Shown in pieces: positions 32,284 to 43,886 of a stretch of DNA of 64,000 bases. Numbering within the stretch: position 1 is the stretch's first letter; every line of letters starts with the position of its first letter. Below the pieces are notes generated by a model that was given only the letters and a program-made list of their open reading frames with translations, ran no database searches and was not told the DNA's origin. A program made the translations under genes and the position numbers. The DNA comes from an uncultured candidate division Zixibacteria bacterium (lineage in GTDB: Bacteria; Zixibacteria; MSB-5A5; GN15; PGXB01): positions 2,240,001 to 2,304,000 of the forward strand of contig OY969724.1 of NCBI GenBank assembly GCA_963702205.1, written 5' to 3'.

Positions 32284-35200
32284 GTGGTAACCATACCTTC
32301 AAATCTTCCGAGCGCGATGCAAAAAAACCCGGTTTCCTTTTCGGCCATGCAGGTGCAACTGGCCTCTCCTGAAGTTGTACTGTCGTGGTCATACGGTGAA
32401 GTCACCAAGCCGGAGACGATCAATTACCGTTCATTCAAACCGGAACGTGACGGTCTTTTTTGCGAAAGAATTTTCGGGCCGGTCAAGGACTGGGAATGCA
32501 GCTGCGGTAAGTACAAGCGTATCCGCTTTCGCGGTATCGTCTGCGACCGCTGCGGCGTAGAGGTGACTCAATCGAAGGTACGACGGGAACGTATGGGGCA
32601 TATCGAGTTGGCTGTCCCGGTGACTCATATATGGTATGTCAAATCGCTTCCGTCACGGATAGGCAATCTTCTCGACCTGTCGGTCCGCGAACTGGAAAAG
32701 CTTATCTATTACGAAGCTTATGTGATGATCGATCCCGGTAATACGTCTTTTCAAAAAGGCGATATGCTCACGGAAGAGGAATTCCTCGAACTTGAGGAAG
32801 GCGGCAAGGAATTCGACGCCCGTATGGGTGCCGACGCCGTACGCGAGCTGCTGTCGAAGATCGACGCCGATGAAGTGGCCATCAGCCTCCGAGCCCAGGT
32901 CAAGGTCGAGACGTCGGTGCAGCGCCAGAAGGATGCTTTGAAAAGGCTGCGCATTCTCGAAGCTTTCCGGCAGTCGAACAACCGCCCCGAGTGGATGGTC
33001 ATGAGCGTCATTCCGGTCATCCCGCCCGACCTGCGGCCTTTGGTGCCGCTCGAGGGGGGACGGTTTGCCACGTCCGATTTAAATGATCTGTACCGTCGGG
33101 TGATCAATCGTAACAATCGTCTGAAAAAACTCATTGATATACAAGCGCCCGAAGTCATCCTGCGCAACGAAAAGCGCATGCTTCAGGAAGCCGTGGACGC
33201 CCTCTTTGACAACGGTCGCCGGACCCATTCGGTTCGCGGGGACTCCAAGCGTCCGCTTAAGTCCTTGTCCGACCTTCTCAAAGGCAAACAGGGACGTTTT
33301 CGGCAGAACCTGCTCGGTAAGCGCGTCGACTATTCCGGCCGTTCCGTAATCGTGGTCGGACCTGAGTTGAAACTGTACGAGTGCGGTCTTCCCAAAAATA
33401 TGGCGCTTGAACTTTTCAAGCCTTTCATCATCATGAAGCTTGAAGAAAAAGGCTACGTCCAAACCGTCAAATCAGCGAAAAAACTGGTGGAGAGAGAACG
33501 ACCGGAAGTCTGGGATATTCTGGAAGAGATCATCAGTGATCATCCAATATTTCTCAACCGAGCTCCCACTTTGCACCGTCTTGGTATACAGGCGTTTTAT
33601 CCGCGTCTGGTTGAGGGCAAGGCCATTCGTTTGCATCCGCTGGTGTGTGCCGCCTTCAATGCCGATTTCGATGGCGACCAGATGGCCGTGCACGTACCTT
33701 TGTCGTTCGAAGCCCAATTGGAAGCACGTCTGCTGATGTTGTCCTCGAATAACCTGCTTTTGCCGTCGTCGGGCCGTCCGGTGGCGATTCCCTCTCAGGA
33801 TATGGTCATCGGTAATTATTACCTGACCAAAATGCGGTCCGGTGAACCGGGTGAAGGCAGTAACTTTTATGCCAAGGATGAAGCACTGGCCGCTCATGCC
33901 GCCAGGAAACTCGGACTCCATGCCCGGGTTAAGGTTATGATTGACGGTAATCTCGTCGAAACGTCGGTTGGCCGGATTATTTTCAATCAGATTTTACCGG
34001 AAGAGATGCCTTACTTCAACGACGTCGCTTCGCGAGGCAAAACGGAACAGCTAATCCTGAACTGCTTCCGGGCCGTCGGTAATACCAAGACCGTGGAATT
34101 CCTGGACCGTCTTAAAAAACTCGGTTTCGAATATGCCACGATATCGGGTACGACGGTTTCCATCGATGATATTATCGTCCCCGAAGAAAAAGACAAACTT
34201 ATTACGGCCGCCCGTAAGGAAGTTGAGAAGATACAAAAAAGATATGAGCGCGGCGTCATCACCAACGGTGAACGTTACAATCAGGTCATCGACATCTGGA
34301 CCAGGACGACTTCTGAAGTATCCGACGTGATGTTCAGCAACCTCGCCCGCGATAAAGACGGATTCAATCCAGTTTATATGATGGCCGACTCCGGCGCCCG
34401 TGGTTCGAAAGAACAGATTCGCCAGTTGGCCGGAATGCGCGGTCTGATGGCCAAACCGCAGAAAAAAATCACCGGCGGTATGGGCGAAATTATTGAATCG
34501 CCGATTATTTCAAACTTCCGTGAAGGTCTGTCAGTTTCCGAATATTTCATTTCCACGCACGGTGCGCGTAAAGGTCTGGCCGATACGGCCTTAAAGACGG
34601 CCGACGCGGGCTATCTGACCCGGCGGCTGGTCGACGTGGCTCAGGACGTGATTATCACCGAGCCGGACTGTAACACTATTCTCGGAATCAATATTACTGC
34701 CCTGAAAGAAGGCGAAGAAATTATCGAGTCAATTTCCGATCGTATTCTTGGTCGTGTGGCCCTCGATGATATCTATGATCCCATCACCGATGAAATCATC
34801 GTGGGGGCCGGTCAGGAAATCGACGAGGATCATGCCGATGCCATCGAAGAATCCGGGATCGAAATGGTCAGGATTCGTTCGGTGTTGACCTGCGAGTCCA
34901 AGCGCGGCGTGTGTGCCAATTGCTATGGCCGTAACCTGGCCGTCATGAATCAGGTCGATATCGGCGAGGCGGTCGGTGTCATTGCCGCTCAGTCCATCGG
35001 TGAACCGGGCACACAGTTGACGCTTCGGACCTTCCATATCGGTGGCACGGCTGCGCGTATCGCCGAGCAGTCCAAAGTCGAGTCGAAATATCCCGGTAAA
35101 GCCGTTTACGTTAACATCAAACTGGTCGAAGGACCCAGCGGCAGCAAGATTGCCAGCGGCCGCGAGGGAGAGGTTCACGTGGTCGACGACAAAGGCCGCA

Positions 35201-36375
35201 TCCGGGCTCGTTTGAACGTGCCGTACGGTTCTATCATGACCGTCAATGACGGCGACAAGATAGAAAAAGGTGCAGCCATTTTCGAATGGGATCCGTACTC
35301 GGCCACAATCGTTTCCGAACGGGGTGGCAAAGTTGAATACAAGGATATTATCCCGGACGTTACTCTTCGTGAAGAACTCGACGAGACAACCGGTTTGATT
35401 CAGCCTATTATCGTCGAAGAGCGCGACAAATCTCTGTTCCCGACCATTATTATAATGGATTCCAGGAAAAAAGAATTGGCCAGTTATCGTATCCCGACCG
35501 GTGCTCAGCTGCTCGTTAATAATGGCGATACAATTGAGCCGGGGACATTCCTGGTCAAGATTTCGCGCGATATATCCAAGACGCGTGACATCACCGGCGG
35601 TCTTCCGCGAGTGGCGGAGCTGTTTGAAGCCCGCAAGCCGCACGATCCGGCGGTTATTTCCGAAGTTGACGGCGTCGTTGAATTCGGTAAAATCGTCCGC
35701 GGTCAGCAGCAGATATATGTCCACGGCGATGAAGGTGAAACCAAGGATTACCTGATCCCGCACGGACGTCATATCCACGTTCATGAAGGTGATCGTGTTT
35801 ATGCCGGTGAGCGACTCTGTGAGGGTTCGATTGATCCTCACGACATTCTTCGCATCTCTGGTGTAAATGCCGTGCAGGAATACCTCGTCAATGAGATACA
35901 GGAAGTCTATCGTCTGCAAGGCGTGAAGATCAACGACAAACACATCGAAGTGATTGTCCGGCAGATGCTTCAGAAGGTTCGTGTAACCCAGCCCGGTGAC
36001 ACCAATTTTCTCGAAGGCGAGCAGGTTGATCGTATTCGTTTCGCCGAAGAAAACGCCCGTGTTATTGCCGAGGGTGGTGAGCCGGCCCTGTTTGAGCCGC
36101 TGCTTCTGGGCATTACCAAGGCATCGCTTTCCACCGAGAGCTTTATCTCGGCGGCCTCGTTCCAGGAAACGACCAAGGTCCTGACCGAGGCGGCGATCAA
36201 CGGCAAGATCGACTACCTGCAGGGTCTCAAGGAAAATGTCATAATCGGACATTTAATTCCGGCCGGAACCGGTATTGAAAAATATCGGAGTGTGGAGGTC
36301 TTATCCGAGGATGATGAAGGTATGACCGGTGACGGTGATGAATCACTGGCCAACATTTTCAAAGAAAACGCTTGA
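32284..36375 (+). CDS. rpoC: RNA polymerase beta' subunit
   Basis: KPETINYR, zinc ribbon, [26 protein letters not shown]. Confidence 0.99.
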   Translation: MVTIPSNLPSAMQKNPVSFSAMQVQLASPEVVLSWSYGEVTKPETINYRSFKPERDGLFCERIFGPVKDWECSCGKYKRIRFRGIVCDRCGVEVTQSKVRRERMGHIELAVPVTHIWYVKSLPSRIGNLLDLSVRELEKLIYYEAYVMIDPGNTSFQKGDMLTEEEFLELEEGGKEFDARMGADAVRELLSKIDADEVAISLRAQVKVETSVQRQKDALKRLRILEAFRQSNNRPEWMVMSVIPVIPPDLRPLVPLEGGRFATSDLNDLYRRVINRNNRLKKLIDIQAPEVILRNEKRMLQEAVDALFDNGRRTHSVRGDSKRPLKSLSDLLKGKQGRFRQNLLGKRVDYSGRSVIVVGPELKLYECGLPKNMALELFKPFIIMKLEEKGYVQTVKSAKKLVERERPEVWDILEEIISDHPIFLNRAPTLHRLGIQAFYPRLVEGKAIRLHPLVCAAFNADFDGDQMAVHVPLSFEAQLEARLLMLSSNNLLLPSSGRPVAIPSQDMVIGNYYLTKMRSGEPGEGSNFYAKDEALAAHAARKLGLHARVKVMIDGNLVETSVGRIIFNQILPEEMPYFNDVASRGKTEQLILNCFRAVGNTKTVEFLDRLKKLGFEYATISGTTVSIDDIIVPEEKDKLITAARKEVEKIQKRYERGVITNGERYNQVIDIWTRTTSEVSDVMFSNLARDKDGFNPVYMMADSGARGSKEQIRQLAGMRGLMAKPQKKITGGMGEIIESPIISNFREGLSVSEYFISTHGARKGLADTALKTADAGYLTRRLVDVAQDVIITEPDCNTILGINITALKEGEEIIESISDRILGRVALDDIYDPITDEIIVGAGQEIDEDHADAIEESGIEMVRIRSVLTCESKRGVCANCYGRNLAVMNQVDIGEAVGVIAAQSIGEPGTQLTLRTFHIGGTAARIAEQSKVESKYPGKAVYVNIKLVEGPSGSKIASGREGEVHVVDDKGRIRARLNVPYGSIMTVNDGDKIEKGAAIFEWDPYSATIVSERGGKVEYKDIIPDVTLREELDETTGLIQPIIVEERDKSLFPTIIIMDSRKKELASYRIPTGAQLLVNNGDTIEPGTFLVKISRDISKTRDITGGLPRVAELFEARKPHDPAVISEVDGVVEFGKIVRGQQQIYVHGDEGETKDYLIPHGRHIHVHEGDRVYAGERLCEGSIDPHDILRISGVNAVQEYLVNEIQEVYRLQGVKINDKHIEVIVRQMLQKVRVTQPGDTNFLEGEQVDRIRFAEENARVIAEGGEPALFEPLLLGITKASLSTESFISAASFQETTKVLTEAAINGKIDYLQGLKENVIIGHLIPAGTGIEKYRSVEVLSEDDEGMTGDGDESLANIFKENA

Positions 36376-36399
36376 CAACATAGGATTAGATGATAAATT
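36372..36399 (+). promoter_or_regulatory. Putative str-operon promoter (TTGACA-N16-TAAATT with extended TG)
   Basis: Perfect -35 box overlapping the rpoC stop codon; TGaTAAATT. Confidence 0.65.
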
Positions 36400-36448
36400 A
36401 CTGATCTCTTTTTTGTGCGAAAACGTGGATAGGTAAGAAGGAGAAAAT

Positions 36449-36823
36449 GTGCCGACTATAAGTCAACTGATACGAAAAGGACGAAAGCAAATTAAGTCCA
36501 AATCGAATACACCGGCTTTGAAAGGATCGCCGCAAAAGCGCGGCGTATGCACCCGTGTTTATACTTCCACTCCCAAGAAACCGAATTCCGCTCTGCGCAA
36601 GGTGGCTCGTGTCAGGCTGACCAACCAGATCGAGGTTACGGCCTATATTCCCGGTGAAGGTCACAACCTTCAGGAACACTCCATCGTGCTTATTCGCGGC
36701 GGGCGTGTTAAAGATTTGCCGGGGGTGCGGTATCATATCATTCGCGGCACCATGGATACGTCCGGTGTCGCCGATCGCGCCCAGAGCAGATCGAAATACG
36801 GCACCAAGAGGCCGAAAAAGTAG
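36449..36823 (+). CDS. rpsL: 30S ribosomal protein S12
   Basis: [29 protein letters not shown]. Confidence 0.99.
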   Translation: MPTISQLIRKGRKQIKSKSNTPALKGSPQKRGVCTRVYTSTPKKPNSALRKVARVRLTNQIEVTAYIPGEGHNLQEHSIVLIRGGRVKDLPGVRYHIIRGTMDTSGVADRAQSRSKYGTKRPKK

Positions 36824-36857
36824 AGAATCGAAAGACACAAACAGGTAGGTTGAATTA

Positions 36858-37328
36858 ATGCCAAGACGATACAAACCGGCTAAGAGACCGATCACACCGG
36901 ATACGAAATACACCGATCGACTGGTTACACAGTTTATCGGGTCTTTGATGGAGAGCGGCAAGAAATCCATTGCCGAACAACTATTGTACCATTCCTTCGA
37001 TCTAATCGAAAAGAAAATGGGTCAGCCGGGTATCGAGGTCTTTCATAAAGCGATGAACAATGTCAAGCCGGTACTGGAAGTTCGTTCCCGCCGTGTCGGG
37101 GGCGCCACATACCAGGTGCCGGTCGAAGTTCGTCAGGATCGCCGGGTAGCATTGGCCATCAGGTGGCTTATTTCGTATTCCCGGGGACGGGGCGAACATA
37201 CGATGTCGGAGAGATTGGCGGCGGAATTTATCGCCGCGGCCAATAACGAAGGCGCGTCGGTCAAGAAAAAAGAAGATACGCATAAAATGGCCGAAGCCAA
37301 CAAGGCTTTTGCCCACTTTAGATGGTAG
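36858..37328 (+). CDS. rpsG: 30S ribosomal protein S7
   Basis: [24 protein letters not shown]. Confidence 0.99.
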   Translation: MPRRYKPAKRPITPDTKYTDRLVTQFIGSLMESGKKSIAEQLLYHSFDLIEKKMGQPGIEVFHKAMNNVKPVLEVRSRRVGGATYQVPVEVRQDRRVALAIRWLISYSRGRGEHTMSERLAAEFIAAANNEGASVKKKEDTHKMAEANKAFAHFRW

Positions 37329-37367
37329 AAGGACTTTTTTAAAGGAATCGTAAATAAGGAAGGTTAA

Positions 37368-37505
37368 TAAGTAGTTGAGAGCCTTTTTTAAGATACGATA
37401 AGAAACAGCGATATTAGCGCTTGCAAACAACCCCTTCTGAATTATTGCGGTGCTGGAGACGGTTTCTTATTGATAAGGCTGGTTGCTTAGGAATTCAGAC
37501 AGGGA
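37368..37505 (+). promoter_or_regulatory. Candidate structured cis-regulatory RNA in the fusA leader
   Basis: Four nested helices found by hand; the apical loop is complementary to the fusA SD region. Confidence 0.5.
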
Positions 37506-37511
37506 TTTTTT

Positions 37512-39593
37512 ATGCCCCAGATGAAGGATTTACAGCGCATACGGAATATCGGTATCATGGCCCACATTGATGCCGGTAAGACGACCACGACCGAGAGAAT
37601 CCTTTACTACACCGGCAAGACACATCGCATAGGCGAAGTCGATGACGGTGCTGCGACCATGGACTGGATGGAGCAGGAGAAGGAACGAGGTATTACTATA
37701 ACCTCGGCCGCGACTACCTGCTTTTGGAGAGATTTCCAGGTCAATATCATTGATACTCCCGGCCACGTCGATTTTACTATTGAAGTGGAGCGCTCTCTGC
37801 GCGTCCTCGATGGTGCCGTGGGCCTGTTTTGCGCTGTCGGCGGTGTCGAACCGCAGTCCGAAACCGTCTGGTTCCAGGCCGATAAATACAAAGTCCCGCG
37901 CATCGCATTCGTTAACAAGCTCGATCGCATTGGCGCCGATTTCGAAATGGCCGTCAAGGAGATGAACGAAAAATTCCCGCAGAAGTGCATCCCGGTCCAG
38001 ATTCCTTTTGGCCAGGGCAATCAGTTCCAGGGCGTCATCGATCTGCTCGACATGACTTATCGTTTCAGCCACGAAGATACGCTCGGGGCAAAATTCGAGG
38101 ATCGACCCATTCCCGAAGACTGGCTCGAAGCGACCAACAAAGCCCGGGAAAAAATGCTCGAAGCCCTGTCCGATTATGATGATACCCTTCTCGATAATTT
38201 CCTGAACGATAAGCCCATCGAACGGGCCGAAATAGCTTATGCTATCCGCAAGGGCGTGATTGACACCAGGCTGGTTCCGGTTCTGTGCGGATCATCACTC
38301 AAAAATAAGGGCGTGCAAAAGCTCCTCGACGCCATCGTCGATTATCTGCCGTCGCCTTTGGACGTCCCTCCGATTACCGGTAAGTCCGTCGATGGCAAAA
38401 AGGACATCGTTCGTAAGGCCGATCCCGATGAACCCCTGGCGGCCCTGGCTTTCAAAATTGCCACCGATACTCACTCGGGCAAACTTTGTTATGTCAGGAT
38501 TTATTCCGGTACAATGAAAACCGGTTCGAATATATTAAATCCAATTTCGGGCATCAAAGAACGGGTCGGGCGAATTCTTCAGATGCACTCGAACAAACGT
38601 GCCGACATAGAAGTTGCTTCGGCCGGTGACATCGTCGCCATCATAGGTTTTCGCAAAACTACGACCGGAGACACTCTTTGCGACGTAAAAAACCCCATCG
38701 TCCTTGACGTCATGAAATTCCCCGAGCCGGTTATTTGGGTGGCTATCGAGCCCAAATCCAAGGCCGATCAGGACAAATTGGGCGACGCCATGACCAAGCT
38801 CGAAGAGGAAGACCCGACTTTCAGGGTGCGTGTCAACGAAGAGACCGGGCAAACCATTATCGCCGGGATGGGCGAGTTGCACCTCGAAATATTGATCGAA
38901 CGCATGATCCGTGAATTTCACGTGCATGCCAATATCGGCAAACCGTCGGTGGCTTATAAAGAAACCATCACGGAAGCCGTCGACGCCGAAGGCAAGTTTA
39001 TCCGTCAGAGCGGCGGCAAAGGGCAGTACGGTCACGTCGTCATTCACGTCGAACCCAACAATAACGGGACACCGTTCAAGTTTGCCAACCAGATCAAAGG
39101 CGATGCGATCCCCCGTGCGTTTATTCCCGCTGTCGAACGGGGCCTGAAAAGTGCCATGTCCAGCGGTGTCATCGCCGGTTATCCGATTACGGGAATCAAG
39201 GCGACTTTAATTGACGGTTCATCGCACGACGTCGACGCCACCGAGCTGGCCTTTGAAGTGGCCGCGTCGATGGCTCTCAAGGATGCCGCCCGCAAGGCGC
39301 ATCCGGTCATGCTCGAACCGGTCATGGACGTGGAAGTGATCTGCCCCGAGGATTACATGGGCAGCATTGTGGGTGATATGAATCTTCGCCGGGGAAAAAT
39401 CCATGGCATGATACCCCGCAATAACCTTCAGGTTATCCGCGCCACCGTGCCTTTGGCAGAGATGTTCGGATATGCCACCGTATTAAGAAATTTAACTCAG
39501 GGCAGGGGCGTTTATACCATGCAGTTTTCGAAGTACGCGCCACTTCCGGAGGATGTGTCCAATAAACTTTTTGCTATGTCAATGTTTAATTAA
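37512..39593 (+). CDS. fusA: Elongation factor G (divergent at several conserved positions)
   Basis: [45 protein letters not shown]; str-operon position. Confidence 0.97.
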   Translation: MPQMKDLQRIRNIGIMAHIDAGKTTTTERILYYTGKTHRIGEVDDGAATMDWMEQEKERGITITSAATTCFWRDFQVNIIDTPGHVDFTIEVERSLRVLDGAVGLFCAVGGVEPQSETVWFQADKYKVPRIAFVNKLDRIGADFEMAVKEMNEKFPQKCIPVQIPFGQGNQFQGVIDLLDMTYRFSHEDTLGAKFEDRPIPEDWLEATNKAREKMLEALSDYDDTLLDNFLNDKPIERAEIAYAIRKGVIDTRLVPVLCGSSLKNKGVQKLLDAIVDYLPSPLDVPPITGKSVDGKKDIVRKADPDEPLAALAFKIATDTHSGKLCYVRIYSGTMKTGSNILNPISGIKERVGRILQMHSNKRADIEVASAGDIVAIIGFRKTTTGDTLCDVKNPIVLDVMKFPEPVIWVAIEPKSKADQDKLGDAMTKLEEEDPTFRVRVNEETGQTIIAGMGELHLEILIERMIREFHVHANIGKPSVAYKETITEAVDAEGKFIRQSGGKGQYGHVVIHVEPNNNGTPFKFANQIKGDAIPRAFIPAVERGLKSAMSSGVIAGYPITGIKATLIDGSSHDVDATELAFEVAASMALKDAARKAHPVMLEPVMDVEVICPEDYMGSIVGDMNLRRGKIHGMIPRNNLQVIRATVPLAEMFGYATVLRNLTQGRGVYTMQFSKYAPLPEDVSNKLFAMSMFN

Positions 39594-39616
39594 AAGTATA
39601 GTGAGGTAGAAAGGAA

Positions 39617-40819
39617 ATGGCGAAAGAGAAATTTATAAGAAACAAGCCGCACGTAAACGTGGGCACGATCGGTCACGTGGACCACGGCAAGACGACCCTG
39701 ACGGCGGCGATCACGATGTATCTGAGCTCCCTGGGGATGTCTCAGGTTCGGACGTTTGACTCGATCGACAATGCCCCGGAAGAAAAAGAACGCGGTATCA
39801 CGATCGCGACGGCTCACGTCGAATACGAGACGACCAAGCGTCACTATGCTCACGTGGACTGTCCCGGTCACGCCGACTATGTCAAGAACATGATCACGGG
39901 TGCGGCCCAGATGGACGGAGCGATTCTGGTGGTGTCGGCGGCCGACGGCCCGATGCCTCAGACGCGAGAGCATATTCTTCTGGCTCGTCAGGTGGGAGTC
40001 CCGTACATCGTCGTTTTCATGAATAAAGTCGACATGGTCGACGATCCCGAGCTCCTGGACCTGGTGGAACTGGAAGTTCGTGACCTTCTGACGCAGTATC
40101 AGTTTCCGGGTGATGATATTCCGGTGATACGCGGCAGTGCTCTGGAAGCCATGACCAACGGGGCCAACGGCGTCAAGGATCATCCTTCGTACAAGGCTCT
40201 CGATGAACTTCTGAAAGCTCTGGATGAATATATTCCGGAGCCTCAGCGTGAGACCGACAAGCCGTTTCTGATGCCGGTCGAGGACGTCTTCTCGATCACC
40301 GGTCGGGGGACGGTCGGGACGGGTCGTATCGAGCGGGGTATGATTCATACCGGAGACGAAGTCGAACGGGTCGGCATTCGTGAGACGAAGAAGACGGTCT
40401 GCACGGGTGTCGAGATGTTCCGCAAGATACTGGATGAAGGTCAGGCGGGCGACAACGTGGGACTGCTTTTGCGAGGTATAGAAAAGACCGATCTGGAACG
40501 CGGCATGGTCCTGGCCAAGCCGGGTTCGATTACGCCTCACACCAAGTTCAAAGCAGAAGTTTACGTTTTGAGCAAGGAAGAGGGTGGTCGTCACACGCCG
40601 TTCTTTGGCGGCTATCGTCCGCAGTTTTATTTTCGGACGACGGACGTGACGGGAGAAGTTAAGTTGCCGGAAGGCGTGGAGATGGTAATGCCGGGCGACA
40701 ATATCCGGATCGAAGCGGCTTTGATCACCCCGATCGCGATGGAGAAAGAACTTCGTTTCGCGGTTCGTGAAGGTGGCCGAACGGTCGGCGCCGGTGTTAT
40801 CACCGAAGTTATCGAATAG
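39617..40819 (+). CDS. tuf: Elongation factor Tu (copy 2)
   Basis: Protein identical to copy 1. Confidence 0.99.
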   Translation: MAKEKFIRNKPHVNVGTIGHVDHGKTTLTAAITMYLSSLGMSQVRTFDSIDNAPEEKERGITIATAHVEYETTKRHYAHVDCPGHADYVKNMITGAAQMDGAILVVSAADGPMPQTREHILLARQVGVPYIVVFMNKVDMVDDPELLDLVELEVRDLLTQYQFPGDDIPVIRGSALEAMTNGANGVKDHPSYKALDELLKALDEYIPEPQRETDKPFLMPVEDVFSITGRGTVGTGRIERGMIHTGDEVERVGIRETKKTVCTGVEMFRKILDEGQAGDNVGLLLRGIEKTDLERGMVLAKPGSITPHTKFKAEVYVLSKEEGGRHTPFFGGYRPQFYFRTTDVTGEVKLPEGVEMVMPGDNIRIEAALITPIAMEKELRFAVREGGRTVGAGVITEVIE

Positions 40820-40833
40820 CGAGGTTTGGAATA
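39617..40833 (+). repeat. Direct repeat of 23872-25088 (tuf plus 14 nt of 3' flank)
   Basis: Only two differences seen (25026/40771 and 25053/40798). Confidence 0.9.
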
Positions 40834-40843
40834 AAGGTTTATT

Positions 40844-41152
40844 ATGGATGCCCAAAAAATTAGAATTAAACTCAAGGCATACGACCATTATGCACTTGAT
40901 CGGTCGACCAAGGAGATTACGCGCACCGTTTTGAGAACCGGTGCCCGAATTGCCGGTCCGATTCCTCTGCCGACTAAAAGGACGGTATATACTGTATTGC
41001 GGTCGCCGCACGTGGATAAAAAGTCCCGGGAGCAGTTCGAGACCAGGATCCACAAGCGTCTGATCGACATATATGAATCGACTCCTCAGACCGTTGACGC
41101 CCTCATGAAACTTGATCTTCCCGCGGGTGTCGACGTTGAGATTAAGACCTGA
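40844..41152 (+). CDS. rpsJ: 30S ribosomal protein S10
   Basis: [32 protein letters not shown]. Confidence 0.99.
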   Translation: MDAQKIRIKLKAYDHYALDRSTKEITRTVLRTGARIAGPIPLPTKRTVYTVLRSPHVDKKSREQFETRIHKRLIDIYESTPQTVDALMKLDLPAGVDVEIKT

Positions 41153-41165
41153 TGGTGAAAGTACA

Positions 41166-41792
41166 ATGAAGGAAATAATTGGAAGAAAGCTGGGTATGAC
41201 GCGGGTTTTCGCTCCCGATGGAGACGAGATACCGGTTTCGGTGATCGAAGCGGGGCCGTGCGTCGTGATCAGCAAAAAAACGATAGAAAAAGACGGCTAT
41301 GAGGCTCTTAAGGTCGGTTATGGTGAACGGCGAAAAAATCTGTTCAACAAAGCCGAACAGGGTGTTTTCGAAAAGGCCGGAGTGGAGCCGAAACGGTTCC
41401 TGCGCGAAATTCGCGGTGAAGGCGATATTGAGGTCGGCCAGGAAATCAAAGCCGATATATTCAAACCGGGTGAGCGAGTGGATGTGTCCGGTGTATCCCG
41501 GGGCCTCGGATTTCAGGGAGCCATGAAGCGCCATCATTTTTCCGGAGCCCAGAAAACTCACGGGCAGTCCGATCGGTCTCGCGCCGTCGGCTCAATAGGT
41601 CAGTCGTCGTACCCGTCGCGTGTCTTCAAGGGCATGCGTGCTGCGGGCAAAATGGGCAAAGACAGCGTGACCGTATTAAACCTGGAAGTCATCCAGGTTG
41701 TCGACTCCGAAAACCTGATATTGATTCGCGGTGGTGTCCCCGGGAAAAAGGGTTCCCTCGTGAAAATACGGCAGACCAATCGGCGGAAATAG
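41166..41792 (+). CDS. rplC: 50S ribosomal protein L3
   Basis: GRKLGMT, GFQGAMKRH, RAVGSIG, PSRVFKG. Confidence 0.98.
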   Translation: MKEIIGRKLGMTRVFAPDGDEIPVSVIEAGPCVVISKKTIEKDGYEALKVGYGERRKNLFNKAEQGVFEKAGVEPKRFLREIRGEGDIEVGQEIKADIFKPGERVDVSGVSRGLGFQGAMKRHHFSGAQKTHGQSDRSRAVGSIGQSSYPSRVFKGMRAAGKMGKDSVTVLNLEVIQVVDSENLILIRGGVPGKKGSLVKIRQTNRRK

Positions 41793-41805
41793 AGGACGGT
41801 GTACT

Positions 41806-42432
41806 ATGGAAATGAAATTATACAATAAAGAAGGCTCGGAAATCGGCACCGTCACGCTGAGCGATGAATTATTCGGTGCGGAGCCGAATCAGAATATCGT
41901 GCACCAGTACGTCGTCAATTATCTGTCGAATCAACGGCAGGGGACGGCGAGCGCGAAAGGCCGAAGCGATGTCCGAGGCGGCGGCAAGAAGCCGTACCGT
42001 CAAAAAGGAACGGGACGAGCCCGTGCAGGTACCATTCGCTCGCCTCTGTGGCGCGGTGGTGGTGTCGCATTCGGTCCGTCTCCGAAATCGTACTTCAGCA
42101 AATTCCCCAAGCGCATGAAGCGCCTGGCTCAGATTTCGGCTTTTTCCGACAAAGCCCGGAATGATAATATCAGGGTCATCGACGACCTTAACCTGGAAGA
42201 AGTTAAAACCAGGGCACTGGTTAAGATTCTGGACAATCTCGGTCTGGAAGACAAACGCTGTCTTATCCTTGATGAAGGCCAAAGCCAGAATTTGATCCTG
42301 TCGGTGAGAAATCTTAACCGGGCGAAATATGCACGGGCGGCGCTGGCGAACACGTACGATATTCTGAACGCCGACGTCCTGCTGTTCACCAAAGCCGGTC
42401 TCGATAAGGCCGAGGAGGTGTTTGGAAAATGA
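41806..42432 (+). CDS. rplD: 50S ribosomal protein L4
   Basis: RQGTASAK.RS.V.GGGKKPYRQKGTGRARAG. Confidence 0.98.
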   Translation: MEMKLYNKEGSEIGTVTLSDELFGAEPNQNIVHQYVVNYLSNQRQGTASAKGRSDVRGGGKKPYRQKGTGRARAGTIRSPLWRGGGVAFGPSPKSYFSKFPKRMKRLAQISAFSDKARNDNIRVIDDLNLEEVKTRALVKILDNLGLEDKRCLILDEGQSQNLILSVRNLNRAKYARAALANTYDILNADVLLFTKAGLDKAEEVFGK

Positions 42433-42719
42433 CGGATCCGCGCGAACTATTGGAGCTGCACCGTATTACGGAAAAGTCGAACTTGTTGCGTGAAACGACC
42501 AACTCCTATGTTTTTCAGGTGAAGCGTAAAGCGACCAAGCCGGAAATCAAAAAGGCCGTGGAAAAGGCCTTCAACGTCAAGGTTGATACGGTTCGGACGA
42601 TGATAATGCCCGCCAAGCCGAAACGCCTGGGGCGTTTTGCCGGCCGTACGACGGCATGGAAAAAGGCTATTGTGACTCTCGCCAAGGGTCAGCACATAAC
42701 AGATTTTGATAATGTATAG
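42429..42719 (+). CDS. rplW: 50S ribosomal protein L23
   Basis: ITEKS, ATKPEIK.AVE..F.VKV, WKKAIVTL. Confidence 0.97.
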   Translation: MTDPRELLELHRITEKSNLLRETTNSYVFQVKRKATKPEIKKAVEKAFNVKVDTVRTMIMPAKPKRLGRFAGRTTAWKKAIVTLAKGQHITDFDNV

Positions 42720-42737
42720 CAGTGTATAGGTTAGAAA

Positions 42738-43568
42738 ATGGGTATAAAGAAATTTAAACCGACCACGCCGTCACTAAGGTTCCGGATGATCCCGACGTTC
42801 GAAGAGATTACGTCGGGGATTCCTGAAAAGTCTTTGCTCATCCCGCTTAAGAAGACCGGCGGTCGCAATAACAAGGGGCGGGTTACGGCTCGTCATCGCG
42901 GCGGCGGCCATAAAAGATTCTATCGAATGATCGACTTCAAGCGCGACAAGCATGAAATCCCGGCCCGCGTGGCCTCGATCGAATACGATCCCAATCGTTC
43001 GGCCAATATTGCCCTGTTGCACTACGTCGACGGTGAAAAAAGATACATTCTCGCTCCCAACGGGCTCAAGGTCGACGACCGCGTCGTATCGGGAGAAAAC
43101 GCCGACGTGCGTGTCGGAAACGCCATGCCGATAAAGAACATGCCTCTGGGCACGTCCATTCACAACGTCGAATTGTTTCCGGGTCGCGGCGGCAAACTGG
43201 CCCGCAGTGCCGGGACCTATATACAGCTGGCGGCCAAAGAAGGCCAATTCGCCCACTTGAAGATGCCGTCGGGTGAGGTTCGGCTGGTCCGTCAGGATTG
43301 TCTGGCCACCGTGGGTGAAATCGGTAATTCCGATCATAAAAATATTTCACTGGGTAAAGCCGGTGCCTCTCGCTGGCGCGGACGCCGACCCAAAGTGCGC
43401 GGCGTCGCCATGAACCCGCACGACCATCCGATGGGCGGCGGCGAAGGACGAAGCAGCGGTGGTCGTCATCCCTGTACTCCCTGGGGCAAAAAGACCAAAG
43501 GTCTTAAAACGAGAAAGAAACGGAAATCCAATAAATACATCGTTGAACGTCGCGACAAGAAGAAATAA
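42738..43568 (+). CDS. rplB: 50S ribosomal protein L2
   Basis: [32 protein letters not shown]. Confidence 0.99.
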   Translation: MGIKKFKPTTPSLRFRMIPTFEEITSGIPEKSLLIPLKKTGGRNNKGRVTARHRGGGHKRFYRMIDFKRDKHEIPARVASIEYDPNRSANIALLHYVDGEKRYILAPNGLKVDDRVVSGENADVRVGNAMPIKNMPLGTSIHNVELFPGRGGKLARSAGTYIQLAAKEGQFAHLKMPSGEVRLVRQDCLATVGEIGNSDHKNISLGKAGASRWRGRRPKVRGVAMNPHDHPMGGGEGRSSGGRHPCTPWGKKTKGLKTRKKRKSNKYIVERRDKKK

Positions 43569-43583
43569 GCGCGGAGGAAATAG

Positions 43584-43874
43584 ATGCCAAGGTCATTGAA
43601 AAAAGGACCGTACATAGAATCCAAATTGATGAAGAAGGTTGATGAACTCAACCGGACCGGTGACAAAAAGGTCATAAAGACCTGGTCGCGGCGGTCGACT
43701 ATATCGCCGGAATTTGTCGGCCACACTCTGGCTGTACATAACGGCAATAAATTCATTCCGATTTATGTAACCGAAAATATGGTTGGGCACAAGCTTGGTG
43801 AGTTTGCTCCGACACGGACTTTCCGCGGGCATGGCGGCAAGTTGGTTGAACGCGCCAGTTCCATTAAGGGTTAA
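43584..43874 (+). CDS. rpsS: 30S ribosomal protein S19
   Basis: [26 protein letters not shown]. Confidence 0.99.
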   Translation: MPRSLKKGPYIESKLMKKVDELNRTGDKKVIKTWSRRSTISPEFVGHTLAVHNGNKFIPIYVTENMVGHKLGEFAPTRTFRGHGGKLVERASSIKG

Positions 43875-43886
43875 GGAGCCATTGTA

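Noticed and set aside
34729..41275. Long antisense ORFs (507 aa in rpoC, 561 aa over tuf/rpsJ; also 338 aa over tuf copy 1 and 354 aa over rplK/rplA)
   Set aside because: Shadow frames of conserved, codon-biased genes; no motifs, SD or independent support.
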